A stretch of 64,000 nt of DNA from Octopus bimaculoides (lineage: Eukaryota). This document shows, piece by piece, positions 25,951-38,959 of the stretch. The translations under genes and the position numbers were made by a program. The number at the start of each line of letters is the position of its first letter. The first letter of the stretch is position 1. The notes below the pieces were generated by a model. That model saw only the letters and a program-made list of their open reading frames with translations, did no database searches and had not been told where the DNA came from. The DNA lies in NCBI RefSeq assembly GCF_001194135.2, contig NC_068995.1, positions 34,866,308 through 34,930,307 on the forward strand, in the 5' to 3' direction.

Positions 25951-26012
25951 GATAACTGAAGAGATGTTGGCGTGGACCCTCCACCCTGGCATCCGAAACT
26001 CGGAGTTTTATC
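25951..26012 (+). ncRNA. Type I hammerhead ribozyme motif with extended stem II
   Basis: GATAA-CTGAAGA-GATGTTGG-c-GTGGA(ccc)TCCAC-c-CTGGCATC-C-GAAA-CTC(g)GAG-TT|TTATC: 5 bp stem I, 13 bp stem II including G-U pairs, palindromic stem III, GUU triplet. Confidence 0.7.
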
Positions 26013-28345
26013 ATGGCTACTGAATAAGTGTCACATATTTTTACAGATAAATTCCTCTATTTGCATAATATCGAGGTCTCTTTCTTTCTTTTGTTGCCAT
26101 TCCTGTCAAATATATATATGTGNNNNNNNNNNNNNNNNNNNNNNNNNNNNNNNNNNNNNNNNNNNNNNNNNNNNNNNNNNNNNNNNNNNNNNNNNNNNNN
26201 NNNNNNNNNNNNNNNNNNNNNNNNNNNNNNNNNNNNNNNNNNNNNNNNNNNNNNNNNNNNNNNNNNNNNNNNNNNNNNNNNNNNNNNNNNNNNNNNNNNN
26301 NNNNNNNNNNNNNNNNNNNNNNNNNNNNNNNNNNNNNNNNNNNNNNNNNNNNNNNNNNNNNNNNNNNNNNNNNNNNNNNNNNNNNNNNNNNNNNNNNNNN
26401 NNNNNNNNNNNNNNNNNNNNNNNNNNNNNNNNNNNNNNNNNNNNNNNNNNNNNNNNNNNNNNNNNNNNNNNNNNNNNNNNNNNNNNNNNNNNNNNNNNNN
26501 NNNNNNNNNNNNNNNNNNNNNNCTTAGGTGAATAAGTTTTTTAATTTTTTTATTAAACATAATGAGTCCGAGAACCTCTTCATAACATCTCGTATATATA
26601 TGTGCAATTACTCTCTGCGAGACGAAATCTATCTCTGTCTCTCTGTCTCTCTCTCTCACACACACACACACGCACACACACACACACACATACACGCACA
26701 CAGTGCTTTTGTTTGATTTTCCCGATTTATTTTTATATTGATACAACCAGTGAAAGTAAGCGTTGTAATAAGAAACAGACAACTGTGCATATTTACACGC
26801 GAACAAAGAATCATGTTGTACTTAACAATATAAATATAAATTTAATTATCTCAACATTTGTGTTTTTTTTTTCTCACGAAATTAAAATTTCAAAACTGAA
26901 CTATAGCGACGTCTTCGTGATGCTTTTGTTATTATAGCGTTATTTTTATTAATTTATTTTATGATTAGAAATTGGCAAGAAGTTATTGTTTCTTGGCATA
27001 TAGTAGTAATTGTCTCTTGGAAAGTAAAATGATGGATTTTATGTGATATCTCATTACATACATCATCAAGTTTTTGTTTATATGTTCATTCATAATAGTT
27101 TTCCCCCCCTTAAACATATTGTTATCCTTTGCATCGGTAGAAGTAATTCTCTTTCCATAAATAATATTTTTTTTTCAAAAGATATTGTTGCAGTTTTCAT
27201 TCCTCTGTTTAATGCACATTTTTGTTTTCTGCGTGGAGTTTTTCACTTTTTAGGAAAAAGTGATTATCAAAATGACATCTCGTCATTTTGCTGAATCGAG
27301 TTCTGCAAATAGAAATAATTGTTTTTATATATATATATATCTATATATTATATCTCATTACATACATTGTCTTATTTGTGCTTAATATCTCAATCACAAA
27401 TACCTTCCAGTTTCTGTTTAATATGTTATTGCATCAATCGTCTGGTTGTTTTTTACACATTTATTTGTAATGTTCTCGGTTTTTGCTATTTGCTTCACAT
27501 TTGTTTCGAAAATCATTAGTAGAAATAATTCCTTTTATAATGTTATTTTATATTGTAAATATTTTAGCTGTATTTTGAATTTTATACAAGGAAATCACCA
27601 GCCAACGGTCTTTGGCCTCTCTTCCATTGCAACTCACATCTCATTGTATTTCTGTCATTCACTGTGATCACTCACACTGAAGATTTCGATGAAAATTGCT
27701 GCTAAGTGACTCGGAAAAGAAAATTCAGGCTACAGGTACGACAAAGAGATACCTAAAAAACAGCAGTACATAATGCGAAATTTTCAAATGTGCAACAAAT
27801 AATTACAAGGCAAACAGAAAAATATATTCGAAATGAAACTCAAGAATATAAAGGTCCAAAAATGAAAGAAACATATTCTAAAGTGAAAATTATGAAAAGG
27901 AAGAAATGAATAATTAAAAAATTCAATGGAAATTGCCTGGAAGTCATAAAAAGATTAATTGCGAATTATAGATCTATTTATTCTGACTGCAACCTGCAAA
28001 GAGTTTTGACGTAAATGATATCAACGCTATACAAAACTTGCAAATATTTACAGAGAGAAGATTGCGAAATTAAGAACGTTGTGTCAACACTCGACTAAGG
28101 AATTAAAATATTATTCAAAATGTAAGATATGCGAGAATCCCAAACAATACAATCAACAACAATACGTTTTTCAAAAATAATTTTATTGTGACATTCATAC
28201 AAATTCTTGAATATTGTTGGTAACTTTGCAGAACCAAACATTTCTTATCAGAAATACTGACTTCCAGGAAATAATACAGCACTATATCTTCGAAATATGA
28301 ATAATTCACGGCTTTTCAAAGACAGTATCAAGTCTTACAACTCAC

Positions 28346-29920
28346 CAATTTCCTTTTCTACATTGGCAGTATCGCTCCAGATTGTGAATTTGATTCTTTC
28401 CGCGTTCATGAACAAGTCTAACATCGCATGAGTAATATACTCCTCAATAATTTGTTCCACTGTAGGTAATTGATTCCAAATTGGTCACTAACATCAGTTT
28501 GTCGAATCAGAATGACGAAAGACTCATCCATCGAATTATAAATTCTATTCATTAGATTATCAGAACAATTTTTATGCTTTCGTGTAGAAAATGAAGATGT
28601 TTAAAGAAGAACAGTTGTGAATAAGGCATTCAAGCGAATTCGCAAGTAACTGAATGTGCTTAACATCACTCTTGCGGCTAAGTGACAACGATTTTTAGTA
28701 ATACTAACTTTCAACCATTTTAAAACTTCACTTTCGTGTTTAATATAAGAATGGAAATATGCTATTCACCTTCCTGAACATAGTGAATCATTATGTTATC
28801 AACATTGTTACTGTAGAAAGCGAGAATTTAAACTGAACATAAGCAATTTTTGTGTAGTGCAAACGATAAACGGATGATGCAACCAATTCATGTACGTTTG
28901 AACATTATTTCAACAATATTTTGACGCCTTTTTGCTCAGAGAATAATAATTTGTATACTGTAAGGTATGAAAGGGATCGTAGCTTTAAACAGTTTCAAGT
29001 GTATACTAATCAAGAGCTGCATCAGCTGTGATGCAATAACACATAAAAGATGTACAGTTATTTTCCCATCATGTATAGGATCTCCTCAGAAGTGGAGGTA
29101 AATCTATCATGACATCACAGATTTGATGAGAAAACTTGCCACTATGATAAGCAGTCGTTCCTAGGATAAAATTTGCTATATTTGTAGAAAGCTCTCATCA
29201 TACACACTGGATACTTTTGTAACAATAGTGTTCAAATTAAATTGTGCAGATTTATTGAACTATACCCTACTACAATATAACAAATACCAACAAAAATTGC
29301 TCAATCTAACGAATTCCTGAAACTATTTATATCACTATTATGTTCTGATTCTCTTAGAGTAAGAATATAAGTTAATGAACCAAGACAAAATAGAAATGAG
29401 CAGCATTGTGCATATAAATACCTAATGCATATATTGAGTCAACGTATTATGAAACCGTGAAGAAGCACTTAACTCACAGTCTCTGTGGAAATCTAAATCC
29501 TGATGCAATGAAAAATTGACAAATATTGTTGACAGTAGGCATATTGTTCTTTTCGACAATCATCCCACCTTTAAGCTTAACATTCATATCAGTATAACAG
29601 TTGGCTCTGCAATGAACCGTGTATACACATTTTCAAATCTGTACATATGTTCTGCGATTGCGCGAAATTTCAAAGCAATGTAATTGTTCACGATAAAGTC
29701 TCGTATTTCTTAAATGCCAAATATATTAGTATACCTAGGAATGTGGCAGCTTATAGAATAACAAAATGCCTCACAAATCAAATGCAATTGTATATTGCCA
29801 TAAACTTGGAGACCATATACTGTATACTTCAATAATAGAAACACGAAAGAAGCATTACCATACCTTCTCTCAAATTGTATGGATACAGGTATTGATACAA
29901 TTACTTAGTAACAATTTTTT
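28346..29920 (-). pseudogene. Possible decayed F-box/LRR-type gene (two exon-like segments)
   Basis: VIVSI..RYGNASFV..EVY..WSPSLWQ resembles an F-box end; GT-AG intron-like 29317-29477 (gtgagt donor, tttcag acceptor); junction reads RLNSLD(L)SNF with a 1 nt fix; later segments LLANSLECLIHNCSSL and WNQLPTVEQIIEEYITHAMLDLF end at a second gtgagt; many stops and frameshifts. Confidence 0.3.
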
Positions 29921-30329
29921 AAAATCTTCATATAAAAGATTATAGTGTGGAGTATAAAAGCTTACGGTGAGAGAGAGAGAGAGAGAGAGAAGACATATAC
30001 TTGAAATAAATATATTTTTTACCGCAATCCCTTAAATATTTCAGATATTTGTTTCTCACAGTTGCGATAAAATTCAAAATTGTTAAACGACCTCTATCAG
30101 CAAATAAGAAGACATGCTCATTAAAGATTGTATTAATCAACGATATGCTTCGGAAATATCAGGAAAAGAAAAAAAACACACTTGAAGCACATTGAAATAT
30201 TAATCATAACAACCTGTCAGCATCTAACTTCCTAATGCTAAACTTGGCTCCGAAATTGCTTTATATGAATGAGCATTAACAACTAAAATTATGCGAACTA
30301 TACGAAATTGAATTTTAGTTAGCAAGAAA

Positions 30330-32170
30330 TACTTGAATGCCATCATAAATTTGGTCACCGATTCTTGTTCATTGATGAACCAAGATGATTTGGCAAAATA
30401 AATTTTTATAATACTGCTATTAGCAACGTTAGAGAGAAAGAGAGAAACTTTTCACCTCTGCAACTAAATAGTGAACGTAGTACATATTTAGACTTCATGT
30501 CTTTAACCGGGGCATATCATTATTCTCTATGAAAACTTCTTCATTTAACTCTAATCATTATCTTTAGGATTCATACCACATACCTCGTAATCAATGAACA
30601 GTCTATACTTCAAAGTTCGCTGAATAATATGACAGATACGCAAGCCAATTTCATAGAAGTGGTTAGCTGACACATATTTTTCAGTCTTGTTGATTGCATT
30701 TTATGAACTTAGAGTGACCAGAAAAATCTCAAGAAAAGTCATCTTGATAACACATCACCTTAAATTTTCCTGGTAATTTCAATTCTCAACAGCAGTTATT
30801 ATTTGAGAAGGCTTCAATCCCATTACATTTATTGGCATCTTTTAAGAGCAGTGCGTACATATGCCCAAGATCTTAATTGTCTGGTCCCTGATCTTCCAAA
30901 TCAGCTCACATCCAATTTCGAAACATATTACTTAAACTAACCTAAAACTGTGGAAATTGTCAACATTGCTGGAATATAGTATCCACTCACAAAGGTTACT
31001 GATCTAGTTTCTGCTATGTCCGTAATATCAATAAGTGCACGAAACTCTTCCGATGTTTACTCCATCAAAGAGCTCCTTGTACATTTCAGTAACACCCGTA
31101 TCACTATCGCAAAGATGAAAGGAGAAAGAGCACATCACACCATGAGGTCTTACTCCAGTGCTTACAAGTTGGTTGCGAATTCCTTCATAGCAAGCGCATA
31201 AATGCTGGTCTAAATTTCCATCATACATCCCGGAATGACAGAAGAAATCCAGTGTTTTGTGTAACAGCATACAGAGTACTGATCAGTATTCATGTGTTGT
31301 GTCAAATTTCACTATATGAAAGACGTTTCTTCCGTTATTGGCATGCTGAATGGTGCTTCATATATTCATGACTGCCTCATTATAACCCGAGTATTCAAGG
31401 CACTCGTATCCTTATGAGTTCATTCGCTGTTAAAAATCTTAACATCTTATCAACATTATATAAACCATTTTACTCACTACATTGAAGATAGCTATCGGCA
31501 GGAACTGATTAATTGACGTTGCCACCTCCTTCTTAGGTAGTAGCAGAATCTTTGCCAAACACCAGTTATGTATTACTGTTTCTGCATTCAACTGTCTTTG
31601 CTATGGCTCATTAATGATCTGCGGGTTCTAGAGAGAAGTTTGAATATTCTTTTATACGTTTGTAGTTTCTTCTTTGAAATACCGTTGAATGCGTTGTTTT
31701 TTTCGACTTACTTGATTGTGAAGTCCGAAATAAGTGGTCGAACTGGATCTAAGGCTCAAGTGGAATTAGCTCATCAGTAGTTAAGAATCCAGGGTGGCGT
31801 ATGATGGGCAAGTGGCGGTATCAGTTTGAAATTTGGTAGTTCCGTGCTAGTTGGTACTTTACTTTTGGTTTCATATATATCTACAATATTGGACGAAATA
31901 CTAGAATTCCTTGTAAAATATATAGGAGTATATCAACCATACATTCATTATCCGAAACAGCTGCGAAGATAAGACTCCACTGCATCAAATAAATTGTATA
32001 AGCAACTTTTCATATCAATACACTTCTTACATTTGCTATCGTTTGTGTTTTTCCACTTCCATACTCGCTCGATTCCGATTGTTCTTCTAACAGATATTCT
32101 TTCCTCCATACCTTTCGACTACCTCACCCTGATAAAGGAGTTGGAGTTTAAGGCCCAGATTTCTCTGAGC
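30330..32170 (-). mobile_element. Decayed HERO-like (R2-group) non-LTR retrotransposon RT region
   Basis: WCLAKILLLPKKEVATSINQFLPIAIFNVVSKMVY (31465-31560), CLEY..(W)STIQHA, LDFF, LE*DLMV*CALSPFIFAIVIRVLL, DLGHMYALLLKD, LPGKFKVMCYQ (30745-30778). Confidence 0.7.
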
Positions 32171-32308
32171 GCTACTTGATGACTATACCGCGTTTATATA
32201 AGTACTTTGTAATTCATTACTTATATACTTGTATGTGTGTGTGTGACTATATGCGTATCCTCTACATATATGATACATTTGTGTCTGTATTATTTGTATA
32301 TATATGTG

Positions 32309-32377
<69 letters not shown>

Positions 32378-32792
32378 GTNNNNNNNNNNNNNNNNNNNNN
32401 NNNNNNNNNNNNNNNNNNNNNNNNNNNNNNNNNNNNNNNNNNNNNNNNNNNNNNNNNNNNNNNNNNNNNNNNNNNNNNNNNNNNNNNNNNNNNNNNNNNN
32501 NNNNNNNNNNNNNNNNNNNNNNNNNNNNNNNNNNNNNNNNNNNNNNNNNNNNNNNNNNNNNNNNNNNNNNNNNNNNNNNNNNNNNNNNNNNNNNNNNNNN
32601 NNNNNNNNNNNNNNNNNNNNNNNNNNNNNNNNNNNNNNNNNNNNNNNNNNNNNNNNNNNNNNNNNNNNNNNNNNNNNNNNNNNNNNNNNNNNNNNNNNNN
32701 NNNNNNNNNNNNNNNNNNNNNNNNNNNNNNNNNNNNNNNNNNNNNNNNNNNNNNNNNNNNNNNNNNNNNNNNNNNNNNNNNNNNNNNNNNNN

Positions 32793-34615
32793 NCTTCTGC
32801 TGCACTTCTTCCAGCCTTATCTATTGAATCAGATGTAATATCTGCAACAAAATCTACGTTGGTCAGAGGGGTCGGCGGCTGGCCGACCGGTTCACCGAAC
32901 GTCTACGAGATATTCGTCTACGTACGAACACCCCCGTCGCACGTCATTTTCGCTTGGCCAGCCAATCCACCTCAAATATCTCCATTTTGGGCTTCACCCT
33001 ACGCCATGGATCCACCAACTCTTGACTCCGCCTGTAACAACATTACATTTTTACTCTACAGACACGAACTCCTTTCGGACGCAACACAAACCCCTCCTCT
33101 CAATGACTCCCTACACCTTCCTTGAGAAATAACTTCTTATCCTATCTTATATTTACTCACATTCTTTATAACTTTTATTCGTTTATTTTCCATTTTTTAT
33201 AGTTTTTTTCCGTTGCACTTGCTTATTTTGCTCCTTTTGTTATTCCCTTTTACTTTATCCTTTAATTTTATCATTGTATTATTTTCTATTTTTATCTTTT
33301 TTATCTATTATTTTTTATCTATTATTTTTCATCTATTTTATTATTTTATTTTAATTTTATTTTTACACGTTTTTATTAAGTTATTATTATTTTATTATTT
33401 ATTTTTGTATTTAATTTCATCATTATTTTAAAATTGTATTTTATTTTTATCTTTTTATGCTTTATTTTTTTAATATTTATTTTGTCACTGACCTTTTCAT
33501 ACAATTTATTCCCTGTATCGTGTTATTCTAACATACCTACTTTCATTTTGTATTAATTTTTTATCCCTTTTTCCTATACCACACACAACACACCACCCAC
33601 CACACACCACCCACCACACACCACCCACCACACACCACACACAAACACATACCACCACCCCTCTCCCTCTCAGGCACAAGCACACAAAGAACGCACACAT
33701 AACTCCACACACATAACCCTCAAAACACAACACGCACATATACCTTCACACACACAAGCCTCTACACACACACAACACACACACATACACATATACATAC
33801 ACATATACGTGCACCTACATACACTTCAACACACACACACACGCAACAGTGCGACACACAAAGATAGGTACGCACACGCATTTATACAGTGAGAGAACAG
33901 GTGGCAGAGACACAAAGATAAACACACACACACATACACACACACACACACACATATATGTACATATACATATACACATTGCCACTCCATTTACGCATAC
34001 ATGCGAACACACACACACCCTTCTTCACCCATTCACACAACTCCACCTCGCTCCTCTCTCCCTCTCACACCCGTACACACACAGAACCCACATATACTTC
34101 CACACACTTAACACACAACACATACATGTACAGATATGCACGCACATACACACACGTATATATGCGAACATACAAACACATACATAAACGTACATATATA
34201 CCCCCACACAAACAACACACTCAAACAGAACACACATACATGCACACATACATACATACACACAAATATATACATGCACACACACACGTACACACACACA
34301 CACACGTGCTATCATACACACAGGCTATCATACACGCACGCGCTATCACACACACACACAGTTACGAACCTTTCTTCAAACTCTTCTGTCTCAGAAAGCA
34401 CTTTCTCGTTGTCCATCTTGTCTGGTCATTCTAAAATGTGGTCATTCCATGTGGCGATTTTCTATCCTCTGCCTCCTGTTTCTGAAGAAGAGTTTTGCTC
34501 GAAACGTAACACACCCTTTCTTTCCTTCTCTGAGAGTCTTAATACTTTGCATGTACCACGTCCTCGCGTTGTTATGTTTCTCTTGTCTTTTTTCTCCGTT
34601 TTTTTAAAATTAAAC
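32793..34615 (+). mobile_element. Penelope-like element 3' part: GIY-YIG, low-complexity UTR and pseudo-LTR
   Basis: CTSSSLIY*IRCNICNKIYVGQRGRRLADRFTERLRDIRL..PVARHF..QHYIFTLQTRTPFGRN; then T-rich and CA-rich tracts and a terminal segment with ctgaagaagagttttgctcgaaacgta. Confidence 0.8.
34477..34513 (+). ncRNA. Minimal hammerhead-like motif in a PLE pseudo-LTR
   Basis: TGTTT-CTGAAGA-A-GAGT(ttt)GCTC-GAAAC-GTA-ACACA; stem I 4/5 paired. Confidence 0.55.
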
Positions 34616-35230
34616 ACACACACACACACGTGTGTTTGCATGTATCTGAATGTGCGCTGTGTGTGTGTGTATGCGTGTGTGTGTGTGTGTATGTGTGTGT
34701 GCGTGCGTGCGTGTGCTGAAAATGTATTCTTCCATGTAATTTCCGTAGCCATCCTGGTGGACATTCACAGACGCATTTTAACTTTTACTCTGTATAATAA
34801 ACCTTAGCTTGCTCTAAAAGCAACTGAAATCAACCGTTGCCTCATAGCTTCAGGCATTTTAACTGCGCTCATTCGATACTCCTGGCAATGTTCAATGTTC
34901 TCCAAAACTTTTAATCTTTTGGGATTTCATTCGCAGTTATCGAACAGCAACGTAACTTTAAACTGTCCCTGTTCCCACTGCAGACGACACATGCACAGCG
35001 CTACAAATACGGCCTGCACAACCACCTTCACATTTCATGACTACCGCACAAGTATTCTGGATTATTTTTCCGTTTTTTTTTATATTTAATTTTTGAGAGC
35101 GGTCGGGTTCATTTTTTAGTATTCTCGTTTGTGAGAGCAGTCGAGTTTATTTCAGATGTTCTCATTTTAAAAATTATCTCCGGCCAATCGTTGAGAAGAC
35201 CTTGGTGTTACCTTGGCAGAAGTTTGCGCT

Positions 35231-35243
35231 CTTGTTGTTGTTG

Positions 35244-35301
<58 letters not shown>

Positions 35302-35340
35302 CATTATTATCATCATCATCATCATCATCATCATTATATA
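35231..35340. repeat. (TGT)n-(TAT)n-(CAT)n compound trinucleotide repeat
   Basis: Direct reading. Confidence 0.95.
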
Positions 35341-35489
35341 CTTCAGGAACCCTACATGGTTAAGGTAATATATTTAGAATAATCCAACGGGATATATCTC
35401 TACATTCTTATCTTTTGAGAATTATTATCAGATTTATGTACTAACCGTTGAATAACCTATTTTGAATACCTAACAGTGAGCAAACCGGT

Positions 35490-35900
35490 AAACGTTTCGA
35501 GAAATCTCTTACTAATTGTCAATATATATATATAGATATGTATATATGTATGTGATAAGCCAACATTCCGCCAATACTGTATTGGCTTAAATTGTCTTGT
35601 ATGAAACTGCTTCCGCCTGTACTCTTTCACAAACAGTTGTTTGAGGACATGTTGATGAAATACTTGTGACAAAATATAATAGAATACCTGAATTCCAGGT
35701 GGTGGTTTAAAATGGACACTGTAGACTTCTCTTCTACCCAAATGACTACAACATATTTGAAAGTATTAGTGTTGTGCTTGCTCTTGCATTTGCTGGTTAT
35801 TTGAAATTCAACGTGACCAGCGTTCGGTGAAGGGCTGCGCCCGTGCATATGTTAGGAGTAATAGTCCGTCTTAAGCGATTTGTTGTTAAGTACAAATAGA
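35490..35900 (-). mobile_element. Penelope-like GIY-YIG 3' remnant with degenerate terminal motif
   Basis: TGAALHRTLVTL..P..R and LFVKEYRRKQFHTRQFKP resemble the 20 kb PLE C-terminus; gagatttctcgaaacgtt lies downstream at 35491-35516. Confidence 0.45.
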
Positions 35901-35922
35901 AAAAGGCTCTTGATAAAAAATG

Positions 35923-35925
<3 letters not shown>

Positions 35926-36001
<76 letters not shown>

Positions 36002-36070
36002 TATAGAGAGAGAAATCTGGAGGGAAACGGGAGGGGAAGAAAGAGAGAAGACGAGTAGACATAGAGAGAA
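35926..36070. repeat. (AG)n microsatellite and purine-rich tract
   Basis: Direct reading. Confidence 0.95.
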
Positions 36071-38959
36071 AGATAGAGACATCGGACCTGATAGAATGAA
36101 TTTGATATACTAGATGTAAAGGATACAAAATAAAGACGCATAGATAGAAGGAAGAAGAAAATAAAGAGGATAATGTATGAATAGAAAGTGGGTTAGTATA
36201 TTTAATTAGAGATATATCCTTGATTTAAACTATTCCAGAGAAGGCAGGGAAGTGAAAGAGAGAGAGAAGGCAACGTAGACGTAAAAGCGAGACGATGTTT
36301 TCTGTGTGAAAGCCCTTAGTCATGTCTATTGGATACGAGCTGGTTTCTGGCTGTGACAACTACATGAATACAAAATCCTATTGTGGTTTACAATTTCGAA
36401 TGTAGACAAAACTTAGATTAATATAATATATTGCCTTCTACTGGAAATGTATTAACCCTTTTACAATTTTAATTACGATGTGTTACATTTTTCTTTGTGT
36501 AGTGGTTATACCTCTGTTAAATGATTTCTCTTATAAAGTAATTAGCATATGACACATTCTTAGATTTAAAATATTGATTTTTTAAAAATATAATCTTTTG
36601 TATGTTTCTTCTTATTAGACATTTATCAATATATTTTTTAAAGGTGGCAATTATTATTTTGATTAAAATTTGAAGAAGGATTATGTTTCTCTCGAGCCAA
36701 TATGGTTTTAATTATATCGTCGAATCGCTATAATTCCTCTACTCGTTTTCTTTTTGATGGTCTAATCTTCCTAATATTCTGTCACTTATCAGCTCATGTG
36801 TCATCTATAATTACGTTGGCTTTGTAGCTGCAAGAGAATCGGTTTTTGATCCTTGTTACAAGTTCATTTCATATCCAAGGCATATTATATTGTTATCTTG
36901 TGTCAAAGTAGGAAACAGATAGTTTGTGCATTTCTTGAAAGCCCTTCGCAGCATCGCTAAGTTCTCAAGAACTAAAGCTCATAATGGGTTTCGACTTCTG
37001 TTGAGAAATCGTGCGTGCCACTGAAATCAACTGTAAATCTCATACCTAATTAACTATAGCATATGAGTTGGCACTCTTGAATCGACTTACAGTGTTCGGT
37101 TTGCATCCATAGCTTTACACAGGCTAGGGCTGCATATATCACGCATATTGCTGACAACGACAACGGTAGAATTGATTATTATTTCGTACCCTTAAGGTTT
37201 CCAGGGTAACTTGTCGATCATAATAATCTAAGTCTTTATTCACTTAACATTAAAAAATATAAGTCCTAGTGATTTCCAGATATATTCTCTCTTACATGGT
37301 ATTTATAACATAACATTACGCTTTCAAGAAGAGATTTAATCCCAGTTTTCCAAAAACTCAGTGTGTTCCAAAAATGTTTACATGATTTAACTGCTGATAA
37401 CTTAATTTTAATTTTATTTTCCATTAAACCCGTTACATATAATGAAGGAAGCCAGTTTTTGAATACTATATACCATTGTTTATTTTATCGTCATTTTACT
37501 TAAAGAATCATGCCTTCAGGTTCATTATTTGTACGTTTTACCTTTGCCCTTCATTCATGTTTGAAATGGTTTCATATGCTTTCTATTAGGAAAAGTTGAA
37601 AACAAGGCGTACCAACTGAGTCTTCATGATTAGTAAAGAAATCATATTACCATCGACGTGAAACACCTACAAACCATTAAGATGAGCTGAGACAGAAACT
37701 TTCTCCAATAGTAATTGCTCCCTTTAATGTTTACTGTGAAGAAGTACAATTGTATAACTGATAACTACTGTGAACAAGGAGCAACCTACAATATAAAAGG
37801 TAAAGAGAAAAACAAATTTTCACTAAAGAAAATATTTTAACTGCAAACAATTAAAAAATAAGAACTTTAGCTTACGAATTGTAAATGATCACATTATTTT
37901 TTTTTTGTTTTCAGTTTAGATATCCTAATTCATTTAGCGTCCAGTTGATAACATTCAATTAGCTTTAATCTATTAGTCAGAGCTAAGCAATTGATATTTA
38001 TTACCATGCATTATATATATGTATGAAGTATTAATCTAGTGCATCAATTATTTTCTATCTTAATCCTTTCTTCAGTTGAGTGTATTTTATTCTAGTTCAT
38101 TGATTCCTTCTTTGATCTTGGTTTCTTTATCTACCGTGATATTAACGATATTAATTAATATTGCCTTGGTGTGATTTTACTAATATACATCTTATAATAA
38201 TTGCACTATAAAGGATAATTTTATCTGCCAAAGTATTTCTCTTTTTTTATAATTTGCCGTGTAGAACTTCAGACAGTCTATCTTCTTAGAGCAATTGTAA
38301 CTAAGTCCAGTTGTTTTTTTAACATGTTGTTTGAAGGTGTTAGTACCAAATATAAGAAATAGCAGGGGGAAATACTCGTCAAATATTCCTGTTGTAATAG
38401 AAAGAGATGGACATTTCGTAATTTTCTCTTCCGTCTATATCTGCAGCATTATCTGTCATTATTCTGATGGGATGTCTCATATACCTGCATAGTATTGGTG
38501 CGTGTGGTTCCTTACACCAGTCTAATGTTTCCAGAGTGAGTGAATAAGCGTAGAATATAAAAACCAAGTCGTGTAGCAGATAAATTGGGGAGCCTGAAAT
38601 TGTTAAATTGTTAAAACAACAAAACAGCATAGTGTTCCAAGTCGAGTGGAAGAATGGCTCTTGGAACAGCAATTATGAAAATAGCTTCCCTGAAATACCT
38701 TCTTAAATTGACAGCAAAGATGAAAAGGAAATTAAGGGTAAACGTTACCTCTAATACCACCACCACCACTACACTTCAAGTCACAACAAACGCGAGCAAC
38801 AAGAACAACTGTACTGAAAGACAAGACAAAGAAATCGATGATACAAACACAACTTCTACTACCACCACCACCACCACCACAAACGTCTCTTCTACTAACA
38901 CAAACATTAATACAATAAAAATAGCAACCAGTTAAATTTTCAAACAAATGGTAATGGTT

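Noticed and set aside
31028-31270. 80 aa ORF that looks like a real protein
   Set aside because: Mostly an alternative frame over the HERO-like RT, whose motifs (CALSPFIF) lie in another frame.
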